From an uncultured Verrucomicrobiae bacterium (GTDB taxonomy: Bacteria > Verrucomicrobiota > Verrucomicrobiia > Chthoniobacterales > JAFAMB01), in NCBI GenBank assembly GCA_963813025.1, contig CAWEXO010000011.1:128001-192000 (forward strand): a DNA stretch of 64,000 bases. Direction: 5' to 3'. Position numbers and translations under genes: made by a program. This document shows, in pieces, positions 1 through 10,701 of this stretch (position 1 is the stretch's first letter; each line of letters begins with the position of its first letter). The notes under the pieces are model-generated. The model saw only the letters and a program-made list of their open reading frames with translations. It did not search any database and was not told where the DNA came from.

Positions 1-372
1 TTTCTCCAGCTGGTCGATCGTTGCGATCTGGAGTTTGTCGTAAAGCGCCTTGACTTTTTTCCCTCCCAGCCCTTGCAGCTCAAAGAGTTCGAAAATGGTT
101 TCCGGAAAGGTGGCGCGCAACTCTTCGAAGTATGCCAAACGACCGGTTTGGACGAACTCGGATACCTTTGCCGCGATCGCGTCCCCAATTCCCACAAGTT
201 CCTTCAGCCGCTTGTTCTCCACTGCTTCGAGCAGATTGCCGGAGAACGATTCGATCGCGCGCGCCGCGTTAGTGTACGCCCGAATTTTAAAAGCGTTTTC
301 TCCTTTGATCTCGAGCAGACGCGCGATGGTCTCCAGCAAATCGGCCGTCTCGGATTTTTTGACCGTTGGCAT
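1..372 (-). CDS. polX: DNA polymerase X family (PolX), N-terminal part; runs off the window start
   Basis: Not in the ORF track. Manual translation from ATG 372 gives MPTVKKSETADLLETIARLLEIKGENAFKIRAYTNAARAIE...LVGIGDAIAAKV...LQGLGGKKVKALY, the PolX 8-kDa/HhH signature. Confidence 0.9.
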   Translation of the reverse strand, partial: MPTVKKSETADLLETIARLLEIKGENAFKIRAYTNAARAIESFSGNLLEAVENKRLKELVGIGDAIAAKVSEFVQTGRLAYFEELRATFPETIFELFELQGLGGKKVKALYDKLQIATIDQLEK

Positions 373-377
373 AACTT

Positions 378-836
378 TCAGCTGCGCGGCAGGCCGGCGA
401 CAACCGCGCCGGGTTCCACCCGATGCCGGGCGAACCAACCTTCGTTCGCTTCCAAGGCAAAGGCGACCTCGTCAGATCGGCTCTGGATGTTGGTCTCATC
501 GAATGGTTTCATCGAACGAATCTCCAGGACTTTGCCGGATGCATCGATGAAAGCGATCGACAGCGGGATTTTTGTATTGCGCATCCAGAACTGAGCCTGC
601 TTTGGCGGCTTAAATTCGAAAATCATCCCATGATCTTCCGGCAAGGAATCGCGGAACATCAGGCCGGTGGCCTCTTTATCCGGTGTGTCAGCCACCTCTG
701 CGACAATTGGTTCTGATCCGACCTGAAGCCGAACGGTTTTCCAACCAAAGGCGTTTGTTTCCGCCTTTTCGCCACATCCGGCGACGAGGAAAAACAGGGG
801 GAGGCAAACCGCTCTGATTGCTCGCGGTAAGATCAT
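378..836 (-). CDS. DUF192 family lipoprotein
   Basis: Lipobox LVAGC; motifs AEVADTP..GLMFR, GMIF, FWMRNTKIPLSIAFID, ALEANEGWF. Start trimmed to ATG 836. Confidence 0.88.
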   Translation of the reverse strand: MILPRAIRAVCLPLFFLVAGCGEKAETNAFGWKTVRLQVGSEPIVAEVADTPDKEATGLMFRDSLPEDHGMIFEFKPPKQAQFWMRNTKIPLSIAFIDASGKVLEIRSMKPFDETNIQSRSDEVAFALEANEGWFARHRVEPGAVVAGLPRS

Positions 837-838
837 CC

Positions 839-2011
839 TCACGCGCCGGACCTTTCTTCCGAGGAGGCAAGCCGCGTCGCTTGCACAATCTGCTCTCTCA
901 ACACCAGAGCATCCTTGAGCGCTCTCTTCACCGTCGGTGCGAGCACGCAGAAATGGCCCATTTTTCTTCCCGGCCGACCTTCGGATTTGCCATACAAATG
1001 CAATTTCGCCTCTGGATGGTTGAGGATCGGAGTCCAGTTGGGTGGTTGACCGTTGCGCCACAAATCGCCAAGGAGATTCACCATGACAACGGGCCGCAGA
1101 AGATCGGTCGAGCCGAACCTCAAGCCGCAAACCGCCCTCAGCTGTTGTTCGAACTGGCTGGTCACGCATGCGTCGAAACTATAATGACCGGAATTATGTG
1201 GTCTCGGGGCCAGCTCATTGACAAAAAGTTTGCCGTCCGGAAGTAGAAAGAATTCAACTGCGAGAACACCCACGATCTCCAGGTCGACCGCGATCGATTC
1301 TGCGATTTGCCGCGCTTCTCTTTTGACCGACGGCGAAAACCTGCCCGGGACAATCGTATGGTCAAGGATACGATTGGCGTGCACGTTTTCGGCCACCGGA
1401 AACGAAGTGACCGCGCCGTCAAGCCCCCGAGCGCAGATTACCGACAGCTCAGCCGTACGGTCCAACCAGCTCTCCAGAACGCCGATCGTTCCCGCGAAGC
1501 GTTCAAAATTGAACGGTTCGCCTTTCGGGAGACGGACCTGCCCTTTTCCGTCATAGCCAAAAGTCGCCGTCTTAAGGACAACCTCAGACCCAAGCCTCCG
1601 GCGGGCCTGATCAAGCTCACGTTGGCTCGCCACAATCTCAAATGGAACGACGGGATAACCCCGGTCGCGCAAGAAGGCTTTTTCCCGCTTCCGGTTTTGG
1701 CAGCTCAAGAGCACCTCCGCACGGGGATGCACTGGCTTCGATTGGGCGATACGCGTTACCACCTTCGTCGGAATGTTTTCAAATTCGAAGGTGACGACGT
1801 CGACCGATTCGGCGAACTCGGTGACAAGATCATCGTCAGAAAATGATCCGCAGAATTCCCGGTCCGAGATTTGCCCAGCCGGACTATCCGACCGGGATTC
1901 GTAGGTGTGCACGCGATAACCCATCCTACGGGCCGCGATCGCAAACATCCGTCCAAGCTGGCCGCCGCCAAGCAGCCCAATAATCGAGCCCGGCGGGATC
2001 ACCTGTTGCAT
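839..2011 (-). CDS. purK: N5-carboxyaminoimidazole ribonucleotide synthase
   Basis: IGLLGGGQLGRM, TFEFEN, GYDGKGQ, NELAPRPHNSGH, HLYGK..RPGRKMGH. Confidence 0.97.
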   Translation of the reverse strand: MQQVIPPGSIIGLLGGGQLGRMFAIAARRMGYRVHTYESRSDSPAGQISDREFCGSFSDDDLVTEFAESVDVVTFEFENIPTKVVTRIAQSKPVHPRAEVLLSCQNRKREKAFLRDRGYPVVPFEIVASQRELDQARRRLGSEVVLKTATFGYDGKGQVRLPKGEPFNFERFAGTIGVLESWLDRTAELSVICARGLDGAVTSFPVAENVHANRILDHTIVPGRFSPSVKREARQIAESIAVDLEIVGVLAVEFFLLPDGKLFVNELAPRPHNSGHYSFDACVTSQFEQQLRAVCGLRFGSTDLLRPVVMVNLLGDLWRNGQPPNWTPILNHPEAKLHLYGKSEGRPGRKMGHFCVLAPTVKRALKDALVLREQIVQATRLASSEERSGA

Positions 2012-2095
2012 AGCCTGCACATTGGAGAAAACTTCCTTCTCTGCACGGCTTTTTTCGATCTTTCCTCCCCATTGCCGCTTGATAAAATACGCTGG

Positions 2096-2590
2096 ATGTT
2101 TGCCGAATGGGAGATCAAGCCTCGAGGAAGAAAATGCGCGCGGACGAGCCAGCAGTTTCGTGACGGGGAACCGATTTACACACTCCTCTTCCGTCAGGGC
2201 GGCGGTTTCCGGCGGGAAGATATTTCCGAGGCGGCTTGGGCGACTCGGCCAGCGGAACTGGTACCTTTCTCTTTTTGGCGCTCTGCTTATAAAGAACCGG
2301 ATCCACCCGCCCCGGAGACTCTTCCAAAAGAAACCGGCGAAAACTTACTGCGCCGTTTGCTTCGAGAAGATCGGCCGGAGGACGCCAATACGCGCTATAT
2401 CCTTGCCTTGATGCTTGAAAGGAAAAAAGTGCTTCGCCAGGTGGATGCTCGAGCTTTGGAGTCAGGGCGCCTTTTGGTTTACGAGCATGCCAAGACCGGC
2501 GAAGTGTTCCTTATCGCCGATCCCCAATTGCAGCTTTCGGAGCTCGAGAAGATTCAAAGCGAGATTTACGCTCGTCTCGCCGCCGGCTGA
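2096..2590 (+). CDS. Conserved hypothetical protein
   Basis: ATG 2096 (MFAEWEIK...), coding-like composition, motif YILALMLERKKVLR; divergent from purK. Confidence 0.7.
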   Translation: MFAEWEIKPRGRKCARTSQQFRDGEPIYTLLFRQGGGFRREDISEAAWATRPAELVPFSFWRSAYKEPDPPAPETLPKETGENLLRRLLREDRPEDANTRYILALMLERKKVLRQVDARALESGRLLVYEHAKTGEVFLIADPQLQLSELEKIQSEIYARLAAG

Positions 2591-2669
2591 GACACCACCA
2601 GCCGGCATAGGGCCAAAGACCTGGTGCAATACGGGAGTCCGCAAAGGGGACAGGTCAACTTGATCCGCT

Positions 2670-2726
2670 GTAGAACGAGGTTCCAGCTTGCCGGGTTTTA
2701 GCGACCGGCAGGGATGCCGATGCTAC
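2670..2726. repeat. Degenerate head-to-head GTAG-type REP pair
   Basis: GTAGAACGAGGTTCCAGCTTGCCGG ... ACCGGCAGGGATGCCGATGCTAC. The right arm reads GTAGCATCGGCATCCCTGCCGG on the minus strand, with hairpin CGGCA-TCCC-TGCCG. Intergenic. Confidence 0.55.
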
Positions 2727-2788
2727 GGCGGGGGACGACCCATCGGCCCCGTTGATTCCGCGACGACGCAACGTAAAGTAGGCCCCGC

Positions 2789-3793
2789 ATGTTACCCTGG
2801 TTCACGAATAGTAAGTGTCCCCTCTATCTGGCGCCGATGGCCGGGGTAACCGATTCGGTCTTCCGCCGGCTGTGCAAAGAACAGGGAGCTGATGTCCTGG
2901 TCACCGAATTTGTTTCGGCGGAGGGAATTCTCCGGCGGAACGAGCGAACCCGGGAGATGATTCGTTTCGTGCCCGCAGAAAGGCCGATCGGCGTTCAACT
3001 TTTCGGCTCAGAAGCAGCCCGAATGGCGGAGGCCGCCCGGGCGGTGCTCGACTGGACGGAACCGGATTTTATTGACCTGAATTTCGGATGCCCGGTGAAC
3101 AAGGTGGTTTGCCGGCACGGCGGCGCGGCGCTCCTCCGGGATTGCCCGCTTTTGGCGAAGGTAGCACAAGAAGTAGCGAAAGCTGCTTCTCCTGCGCCCG
3201 TAACGGCAAAGATACGACTTGGGTGGAGCAGCGATTCGATTAACGCCGTGACTACCGCGCGCATTCTCGAGCAAGCAGGTATTCAGGCGATCGCCGTGCA
3301 TGGCCGGACGAAAGAGCAGTCTTACGGCGGTGAAGCGGATTGGAATAGAATAGCCGAGGTGGCTGCGGCCGTCCGAGTTCCGGTAATCGGAAACGGTGAC
3401 ATCCGTTCTGCGCGAGACGCCGCAGACCGCCGGACTGGCTCAGGGGTGACTGGTCTTATGATCGGGCGAGCCGCAATGACTGCGCCGTGGCTTTTTCGCC
3501 AAATCAAAGCATTTCTCATAAATGGGGAAACTTTGCCGGATCCGAGCCTGGAGGACCGATGGCAGCATATCAGGACCCATTGTCGTTTGGCGGTTGCCGA
3601 GAGCACTGGCGAAAACGCGACGATGACTTCGCTGCGAGGACGCCTGATGGCCTATTCCAAAGGGATGCCCGAAAGCCGGCTACTCCGCGCTGAACTCCAA
3701 AAAATCGTCAGCCTGGCCGAGTTGGACTTGATCGCTGAACAGCATCTCGTGTGGGCAAGGAAGGCAACCGATCTAGAACTTATCGTCGGGTAG
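2789..3793 (+). CDS. dusB: tRNA-dihydrouridine synthase DusB
   Basis: LAPMAGVTD, QLFG, IDLNFGCP, KIRLGW, AVHGRT, IGNGDI, MIGR. Confidence 0.95.
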   Translation: MLPWFTNSKCPLYLAPMAGVTDSVFRRLCKEQGADVLVTEFVSAEGILRRNERTREMIRFVPAERPIGVQLFGSEAARMAEAARAVLDWTEPDFIDLNFGCPVNKVVCRHGGAALLRDCPLLAKVAQEVAKAASPAPVTAKIRLGWSSDSINAVTTARILEQAGIQAIAVHGRTKEQSYGGEADWNRIAEVAAAVRVPVIGNGDIRSARDAADRRTGSGVTGLMIGRAAMTAPWLFRQIKAFLINGETLPDPSLEDRWQHIRTHCRLAVAESTGENATMTSLRGRLMAYSKGMPESRLLRAELQKIVSLAELDLIAEQHLVWARKATDLELIVG

Positions 3794-4530
3794 GGCTTCC
3801 GCAGCAGTGCTTATACTTTTTCCCACTGCCGCACGGACAGGGGGCGTTGCGCGGAACCTGGGTTTCGGCGACCGCCTGCTGAGGTTCCACAAAGTCGTCC
3901 AACTCCGCCTCAAACTGCCAATACCTCGAGATCAGCGGAACCAGATCGCCGATGAGTCCAATTGTTACCGCGGCTCCTTCCTCGGTATTGGCAACCTTGA
4001 TTGCTCGCCACATCTCAGGATCAGCCGTCGCGATAATGACGGCGATGGCTTTCTCGCGGCGCAGGTCTTCGAACCAGTTTCGGATCGCGCTCAGTCCGCC
4101 CGCTTTCAGAGTGATGGGCAGACGATCCGCAATAGATGCTTTTTCTGGACCCGCCGCGATCGCGGTGAATAGCCCATGCAGTTTCGCTATACTGATTCGT
4201 TCCCCAGGGTTCGGTTCGAGGAACTGCATCATCTCCGCTTCCTCTTCGTCCGAGAGCACAGAAGACTCATCCTCGCAGGCTTCCCATTCCTCCTCCTTTG
4301 CCAGGTCGTGCTCGCCCCCATTTCCCGTTCCCTGGGCAGCTCGTCCGAGGAGGTCGGTGCTGTCGCCGGCGCTTGCTGGTTCTCCGGTTCAGCTTGGAGA
4401 TCGCCCACTTGAATCTCGAGGGCGGCTAACCAATCGATAGCGATCTGGCGCATCCGCGCGCTGTGGAAACTCAACCATTGATCATGCGTCTGGGAGTCGT
4501 GCCTCAAGGTATCTCTGAAACGACGAATTT
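3780..4530 (-). pseudogene. 5'-truncated, frameshifted UPF0158-like + YecA/UPF0149-like + SEC-C fusion
   Basis: RRFRDTLRHD..QWLSF..RQIAIDWL (UPF0158 C-terminal-like), then an acidic linker, then LSDEEEAEMMQFL..LHGLFTAIAAGPE (YecA-like), ending VPRNAPCPCGSGKKYKHCCG (SEC-C). Confidence 0.6.
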
Positions 4531-4581
4531 AACCAATGTTCCCCTATATGCACGAATAACTCCTCGGTCTGAAGGCGGGGC

Positions 4582-5951
4582 TCACGAGACCAGTTGAGAA
4601 TGGATCGGGGGTTCTGATACCCCGGGAAAACGGCTCAACCGAAAAAAACGCAGGGTGAAGACCGCAGCGGCGACGAACAAACCCAGCGCCAGCCCACACC
4701 ACACACCAAGAGCGCCGAAACCCATAACAAACCCGCAGAGATAGGCAAAGGGAATCGCGACTCCCCAATAGCATCCGCAAGAAATCCACATTGGGATGCG
4801 GACGTCAGCCATACCACGAAGCGCTCCTGCCGCTGTGACCTGGACCCCGTCCGCTAGCTGAAAGATTCCTGCGACCAGGACAAGCAAGCTGGCAATGGAC
4901 ACGACTTCGCGATCGATCGAGAACAGCTGCGGGATTTGATGATTCCAAAATCCAAAGGCAACAGCAGAACACCCCATCACTGCGACCGCTGCCGCCGTCC
5001 GCCGCAACCGATTATTCGCGTTAACGCCTGTTGACCCGCGCCGAGCGCGTGACCGATGCGAATGGTGACTGCTTGGGAAATCCCGAGCGGAAACATGAAC
5101 GTCGTCGCCGCGCAGGTGATGGCTATCTGATGAGCCGCCAAGGTGCTCGCGCCGATCCAGCCCATCATGACGGCGCTGAAGCTGAAAGCCCCCACCTCGG
5201 CCAGGTATTGCAATCCGACGGGAATCCCCATGGCTAGAAGAGATCGCAATAGCCGGCTATCGAGCAATCCGGGGGACAAGTCTCTGACACGGATGCCGGT
5301 AATCCGGAGCGCATAGAAAAGGGTGCCGAGCATCGCGAATGACCTCGACCAAAAAGTCGCATACGCCGATCCGGCAAGTCCCAGCCTTGGCGCGCCCAGC
5401 AAACCAAAAACCAGAACGACGTTCAAAACAAAATTCAGCACAACCGAGAGGTAGAGAATCACCATCGGCACGGTGGGTCGCCCCAGCGATTCACAGAACG
5501 ATGGTGCAGCGATATAGCCAAGGCCAGGAACCAAGGACCACGCCACAATAATCAGAAAGGGGCTGCTCGCCGCTAAAACCAGTCGCGGCTGGCCAAGCAC
5601 GGGAAGAACGGGAAAAGAAAAACAGACCAGCAGAGCCAAGGCGCTTCCCAAACCAAGAGAAAGCCAGAGCGAAGTTCCCAAAAGCTTCCGTCTCTCTTCG
5701 ATTAGTCCAGCCCCGTGCGCTTGAGCGCCAATGATCGCGGTTGACGCGAGTATTCCAAGCCCAAAAACGAAAAGCATGGTGACAATGGAATTGGCGAAAG
5801 CAATGGCAGCGAGCGCGGTTACCCCGAGGTGCCCAACAACCAGTGTGTCAGTGAGGGCCATTAACATTTGGCCAGCCTGTCCGAACATCATCGGCAGGGC
5901 TAGCTGAACAGTTTTGCGCAGTTCAGACAGGAAAAGACGGATCCGCGACAC
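4582..5951 (-). CDS. MATE family efflux transporter (frameshift near 5005)
   Basis: LALPMMFGQAGQ..DTLVVGHLG, LAAHQIA, FQLADGVQV..GALRG..D; split between two overlapping ORFs. Confidence 0.9.
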
Positions 5952-6049
5952 AGGGCGGCTACGGTGGCACAGGGTTGCCGGTCTGTCAGTGCAGTTTCAT
6001 TTCACCTCACCTCATTTGCTTTTAGGCCAACCGGATTCCATATTCGCGC

Positions 6050-6417
6050 GTGATTGCCAGACGCAAGTTAAGTATAAGATTGGCAACGAACGGCTGGTTA
6101 AGGTGACTGAGCGTGCCGCCGCGAAGGTCGCGCAACTTTTACAACGACAGGGAAGACCTGGAGGGGCTTTGCGCGTTGCGGTGATCGGCGGCGGCTGTTC
6201 CGGACTCCAGTACAAAATGGACTTGGTTGACGGTCCCGCAAATCGCGACATCCTGGTAGAATCAAATCGCGTCCGCGTCGTGGTTGATCCGAAAAGCGCG
6301 TTCTTTGTCAGCGGCTCCATGCTGGATTTCAGTGACGATCTCCAAAAAGGTGGATTCAAGGTCACAAATCCGAATGCGGTCGCGCATTGTTCGTGCGGAG
6401 AGAGTTTTTCTGCATGA
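6050..6417 (+). CDS. iscA: Fe-S cluster assembly accessory protein, HesB/IscA family (start uncertain)
   Basis: LRVAVIGGGCSGLQY, VVVDPKS, GFKVTNPNA..CSCGESFS. Confidence 0.9.
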
Positions 6418-6977
6418 CGGATTACTTCGCTTTACTCGGGATGCCTCGCCGTGCTGTGCTCGACAACAACCTTTTAAAAGAAGTCTTTATTCGCCAAAGT
6501 GAACAACTCCGTCGAAGAACTGGATGCGACCGCTGAATTGCAAGTTCTAAACGAAGCTTTCGTGCTCTCCAAAACCCAAGCAGGCGCATTCGGCATCTTC
6601 TCGAACTCGAGCAGAGTCCAGTTGCCAACGACAGAGACCAATTTGAACTTGCACAGCTTTTCGGAACAGTCGTGCGAGCGATCGAAGAGTTCGATGGAAG
6701 GTTTGATTCGGCTAACTCCGAGAATTCTCTCGTAGTACGCGCAATCAGGATGCACGGCTTAGCCACGGCCCGGCAGGAGCTGGAGACTGCCGAAACGTCC
6801 GTCGAATCGGAGGAACAACGGTTGCACGATGAACTCAGCGAGATCGACCGCGAATGGGCATCCCATCGCGAGAGATGCGGCCCGCGCCTTGCCCAGATCG
6901 CCGCCGAACTTAGTTTTCTCCAAAAATGGTCCGGCCAAATCCGGGAGCGGACTTTGCGCTTCGAGGAACTCGTCTAG
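6414..6977 (+). CDS. hscB: Fe-S co-chaperone HscB-like J-domain protein (several frameshifts)
   Basis: ATG overlaps the iscA stop. MTDYFALLGMPRR..., LNEAF, LQNPSRRIRHLLEL, C-terminal ELSFLQKWSGQIRER. Lies between iscA and an Hsp70. Confidence 0.75.
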
Positions 6978-7070
6978 TATATCATCTCGCAGGTAACCTC
7001 CCGGCAGCCACCAGCGTCACCAATCATGCGAGGCGGTACACTAAGCACGCTCTGATCAGAGATCCAAAAC

Positions 7071-8939
7071 ATGAGCGACATCGTCGGAATCGACCTGGGA
7101 GCCACTAACTCGCTGATTGGAGTGATGGATTCCGGGTTTCCGATCCTTTTGGCAGATGAAAACGGCTCGCGTCTAACGCCCTCGGTGGTACACTTGGATG
7201 AAAGGGATCAATGGATAGTCGGCGCGACCGCCGATCGGATGCGGGTGCTGCAGCCTGGGCGCACGATCTACTCGATCAAACGCCTGATGGGACGGCGTCC
7301 AGGTGAGTCCGAGAAAGACGATTTTACCAGCATATCGCGTTCGTTCAGCCGAGGGTCAGTCTATCATCGAGATCGGAGAGCGTGGTTTCGGCCCGAGCAG
7401 TTGTCGGGCCTCATTCTTACCAAGTTGAAATACGATGCCGAACGTGTGCTCGGGCACGAAGTTGACCGCGCAGTGATCACCGTTCCCGCCTATTTCAATG
7501 AACTCCAGCGCCAAGCAACAAAACGGGCCGGTGAACTCGCCGGTTTGACGGTTGAAAGGATCATCAATGAACCGACCGCAGCCGCACTTGCCTATGGTCT
7601 TGAGCGTCTCACTGACCGCTCTCATGTTGCCGTTTACGATTTAGGCGGCGGAACATTCGACATTTCTATCCTCGAACTCAACGAAGGTGCTTTTCGGGTT
7701 CGCTCAACTAACGGCAACACTCGTCTCGGGGGAGATGATATCGATCGCGAATTGATCCGCTTGTTGAAAGAGCGAGTAATAGCCCGGTATCCGGAACTCC
7801 GTCGTGATCTTGAAGAGCCGCAATCGCTGGCTCGATTACGTGAAATCGCTCGCAACGCGAAAATACGACTTTCGAGCGAAGAGGTTGTCCCGGTTGAAAT
7901 TCCGTTCCTGGCACCTTCGCAAAGCTTTTCTTATATGCTGACCCGACAGGAACTCGAAGCGCTCGTTCGACCGCTGATTCGCAAGACAAGATCGCATTGT
8001 TTGCGGTCGCTGGAAGATGCAAACTTGCGCCTCAGCAGATCGACGAAGTCATCCTGGTCGGTGGCGTCACTCGGATGCCCTTGGTTCGACAGGTCGTGGC
8101 CGAGATTTTTCAGCGTTTGCCCAACGTCAGTCAGAACCCCGACGAAGCGGTCGCCATAGGAGCGACCATTCAAGCCGGGATTCTCTCGGGCGATATCCAG
8201 AACATCGTCCTGCTCGATGTAACTCCGCTCTCCCTCGGGATCGAGACATTCGGCGGTCTGATGAACGTAATCATTCCGCGCAACTCGACGATCCCTTGCA
8301 AAAGCGGCGAAATGTTTACCAATGCTGTCGCCAACCAAACGGTCATGGGGGTAAAAGTCTGCAGGGAGAGCGTGAACTAGCCAAGGATAATTGGGAACTG
8401 GGCAGCGTCACCCTGAATTTCGAACCAGTGCCAAAAGGAGTAGCTCGAGTAGGCGTTCAATTCGAAATCGATGCGAACGGAATGTTGAAAGTTCTGGCAC
8501 GCGACACCCGCACCGGCAAAGAAGAGATCTTAGAGTTGAAAGCGCGGTGGACGTCTCGGACGAAGCCGTTGAAATGATGATTGCGGAATCTCTCGATCAC
8601 GCGTTTGACGACATGAGCGAGAGGGTCTGGACAGAGACGTTACTGAAGAGCAACGAACTGGTTCCGGCAGTGCACAGCGCCTTGACGATGATAGGCGATC
8701 AGATCTCGAAAACAGAACGCGGTCACATCCAGGAACTCTTAGAGAGAGTTGAGGTTGCCCAAAGAGGTCACAACGTCGGTGAGTTGAAAAAAGCAAACGC
8801 CGCCCTGGACGAAGGAACTCAGCATCTGGCGACACTCCTGATCGAAAGAGCCATGGCGGAAGCTGCACGACGAAGGAGAAATTTTGAAAGAAAACGACTG
8901 TTGGATTCGTCGCCAATCTCTTCGCCGCGCGGAAATTGA
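7071..8939 (+). CDS. hscA: Hsp70-family chaperone, HscA-like (frameshifts near 8030, 8360, 8540; end uncertain)
   Basis: [86 protein letters not shown]; follows iscA-hscB. Confidence 0.85.
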
Positions 8940-9043
8940 TAATGGTCAACCAAACGAATTGCTTCAATCGCAAACGCGCCTGCCACGGCACGATCATAGA
9001 TTGCGATTAGATTGTCGCCATTGCTCTCTTCACCGCCGCTCGA
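8933..9043 (-). pseudogene. Short relic of the C-terminus of a phospholipase D-like nuclease-domain protein
   Basis: [37 protein letters not shown] resembles the post-HKD tail of PLD-like proteins (recognised from memory). Confidence 0.45.
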
Positions 9044-9199
9044 TCTACCACCCGTTGGTTGAAGATCTTCGTCACGGCACGTACTCAAGAGCAATCGGGT
9101 AGGTGCGTCGAATCCCGGATGCAGACGGCGAGGCGCTACCAGAGCGGGACGGAACCGCCTTGACATGCTTGCGGAGAACTTGTTGAAAAAGAGGTCGCA

Positions 9200-9617
9200 A
9201 TGAAAAACGGCGAGCGTCCGTAGTTCCCCCTTTTTCTTACGGCGGTTTTGCTGGTTCTCGCCGCCAGCTTCTATGGCTGCGCGACTACCCAGAACACCGA
9301 GTCTCTCCTTTCTGCCGCCGGCTTTCGCACCCGGATGCCGAGCACCGCTGGACAATTAGCGATGTTCAATAACATGCAACCGTACCGAATCGAGCGTCGG
9401 GAGAGAAACGGGAAGGTTCTTTATACCTACGCCGATAAACAAAGGAATCTGGTCTACATCGGAGGCGAGAGCGAATTCCAGCGTTACAAACAATCGGGTT
9501 ACAACAGTCGATCGCCGAGAAAACCTCACGCGGCTCAGATCAATCAGGAAACCTCTCTTGAGGTTTTCGGTCCAGAGTTCGGCCCTTATTGGGGACCTTG
9601 GAAGTACTTGGTGGTGA
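9200..9617 (+). CDS. Hypothetical lipoprotein (frameshifted)
   Basis: Signal peptide ending FYGC, then TESLLSAAGF..LYTYAD..LVYIGG..EFQRY. Confidence 0.6.
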
Positions 9618-9754
9618 GCGACCCTTCGGTGGGGAAGCGATTTGCGGCTCAGATGAATTTCCGCCTCACAATCTCTGGGTCGCGACTGGTGCGCTAAGGG
9701 CGAATTCTCGCTTTCGAAACGCGCCCGGAGTGCGGTGAGTCCCCTAACTAAGTC

Positions 9755-10701
9755 TAGCTCAATACCAGACAGCCGCGTTTGAGTCATAGGTAAAGATGCC
9801 CTTTTCGGGAATCGTTCGCCAAAGCCCACGCCAGGCAGGCCTGATTAAATTGGCGATCGATCTCCTGCCGGAGCAAGCGCACGCCCTGCGCCCGGTTGTA
9901 AGCGGCTCGCAGTAAGAAAGCCATGACGGGGCCCCGGTCGATCGCAAGGACCGCTCAAAATAAGTGTCCAGCACCGAAAGCTTCGCCGCGATCAACACTT
10001 CCAGAATCTGTTTCTGTGTTTCCAAGTCGAGTGGTCGGAACACAATCCGCTCGGTGATCCGAGCAAAGAGTTCCGGGCGGAGGAACTGACTGGCGATATC
10101 GAGCGCCACGCTCTCCATCGTGGTGTACGGCGCGCTTTCCATTTTAGCGAAATCGCCGCTTCCCAGATTACTGGTCAGGACAACATAGAACTGGCGAACG
10201 CCAACCTTTTTCCGTCCAGGTTAGTCAGTTGTCCTTCTTCAAGGAGTGAAAGAAAGATGTCGATCACCCGGGGATTGGCCTTCTCGATTTCATCAAACAG
10301 AATCGTAGTTCCCGAGGGATTTCGCCTGATGGCAGCCTCAGTCCTTTCAACAAATTCAGAAAACCGGGACTCGGCGGAATATTCGTTCATGAAAAGAATT
10401 TCCAGCGGCACGCCCGACCCGAACAGATATTCGGTGAATTGTTTCGCTGATTCGGTTTTTCCTACACCCGTCGGTCCGAGGAAAAGAAAACTGCTTTTGG
10501 GCCGATCAGATAATCCGTTTAACCCTAGCTCGGACGCTTGCAAAGCCCGGGCGATTCGCGCGATCGCGTCCGTCTGTCCGAGAATCAGGCCGTCCAGATG
10601 ATGCTGCAGCCGGCCGAGATAGCGCTTCCAAAAAGAGCGGGATGGGTTTCGCCGCTATCGTCAAATTGGCTCTCACAACGAGAAAGAGAACACTTGTTCA
10701 T
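9755..10701 (-). CDS. Stand-alone ClpA/ClpB-type D2 (AAA_2) ATPase, last gene of the T4SS operon (frameshifted)
   Basis: ILGQTDAI, RPKSSFLFLGPTGVGKTE (Walker A), ILFDEIEKA (Walker B), LLEEGQLT, VVLTSNLGS, FLRPELFARI, VFRPL, QGVRLLRQEI. No Clp_N or D1 domain. Confidence 0.85.

Noticed and set aside
50..594. Plus-strand ORFs of 166 and 173 aa
   Set aside because: Antisense shadows of polX and the DUF192 gene.
7071..8939. Hsp70 as the main dnaK
   Set aside because: Context is iscA-hscB, with no grpE or dnaJ; HscA-like is more likely.
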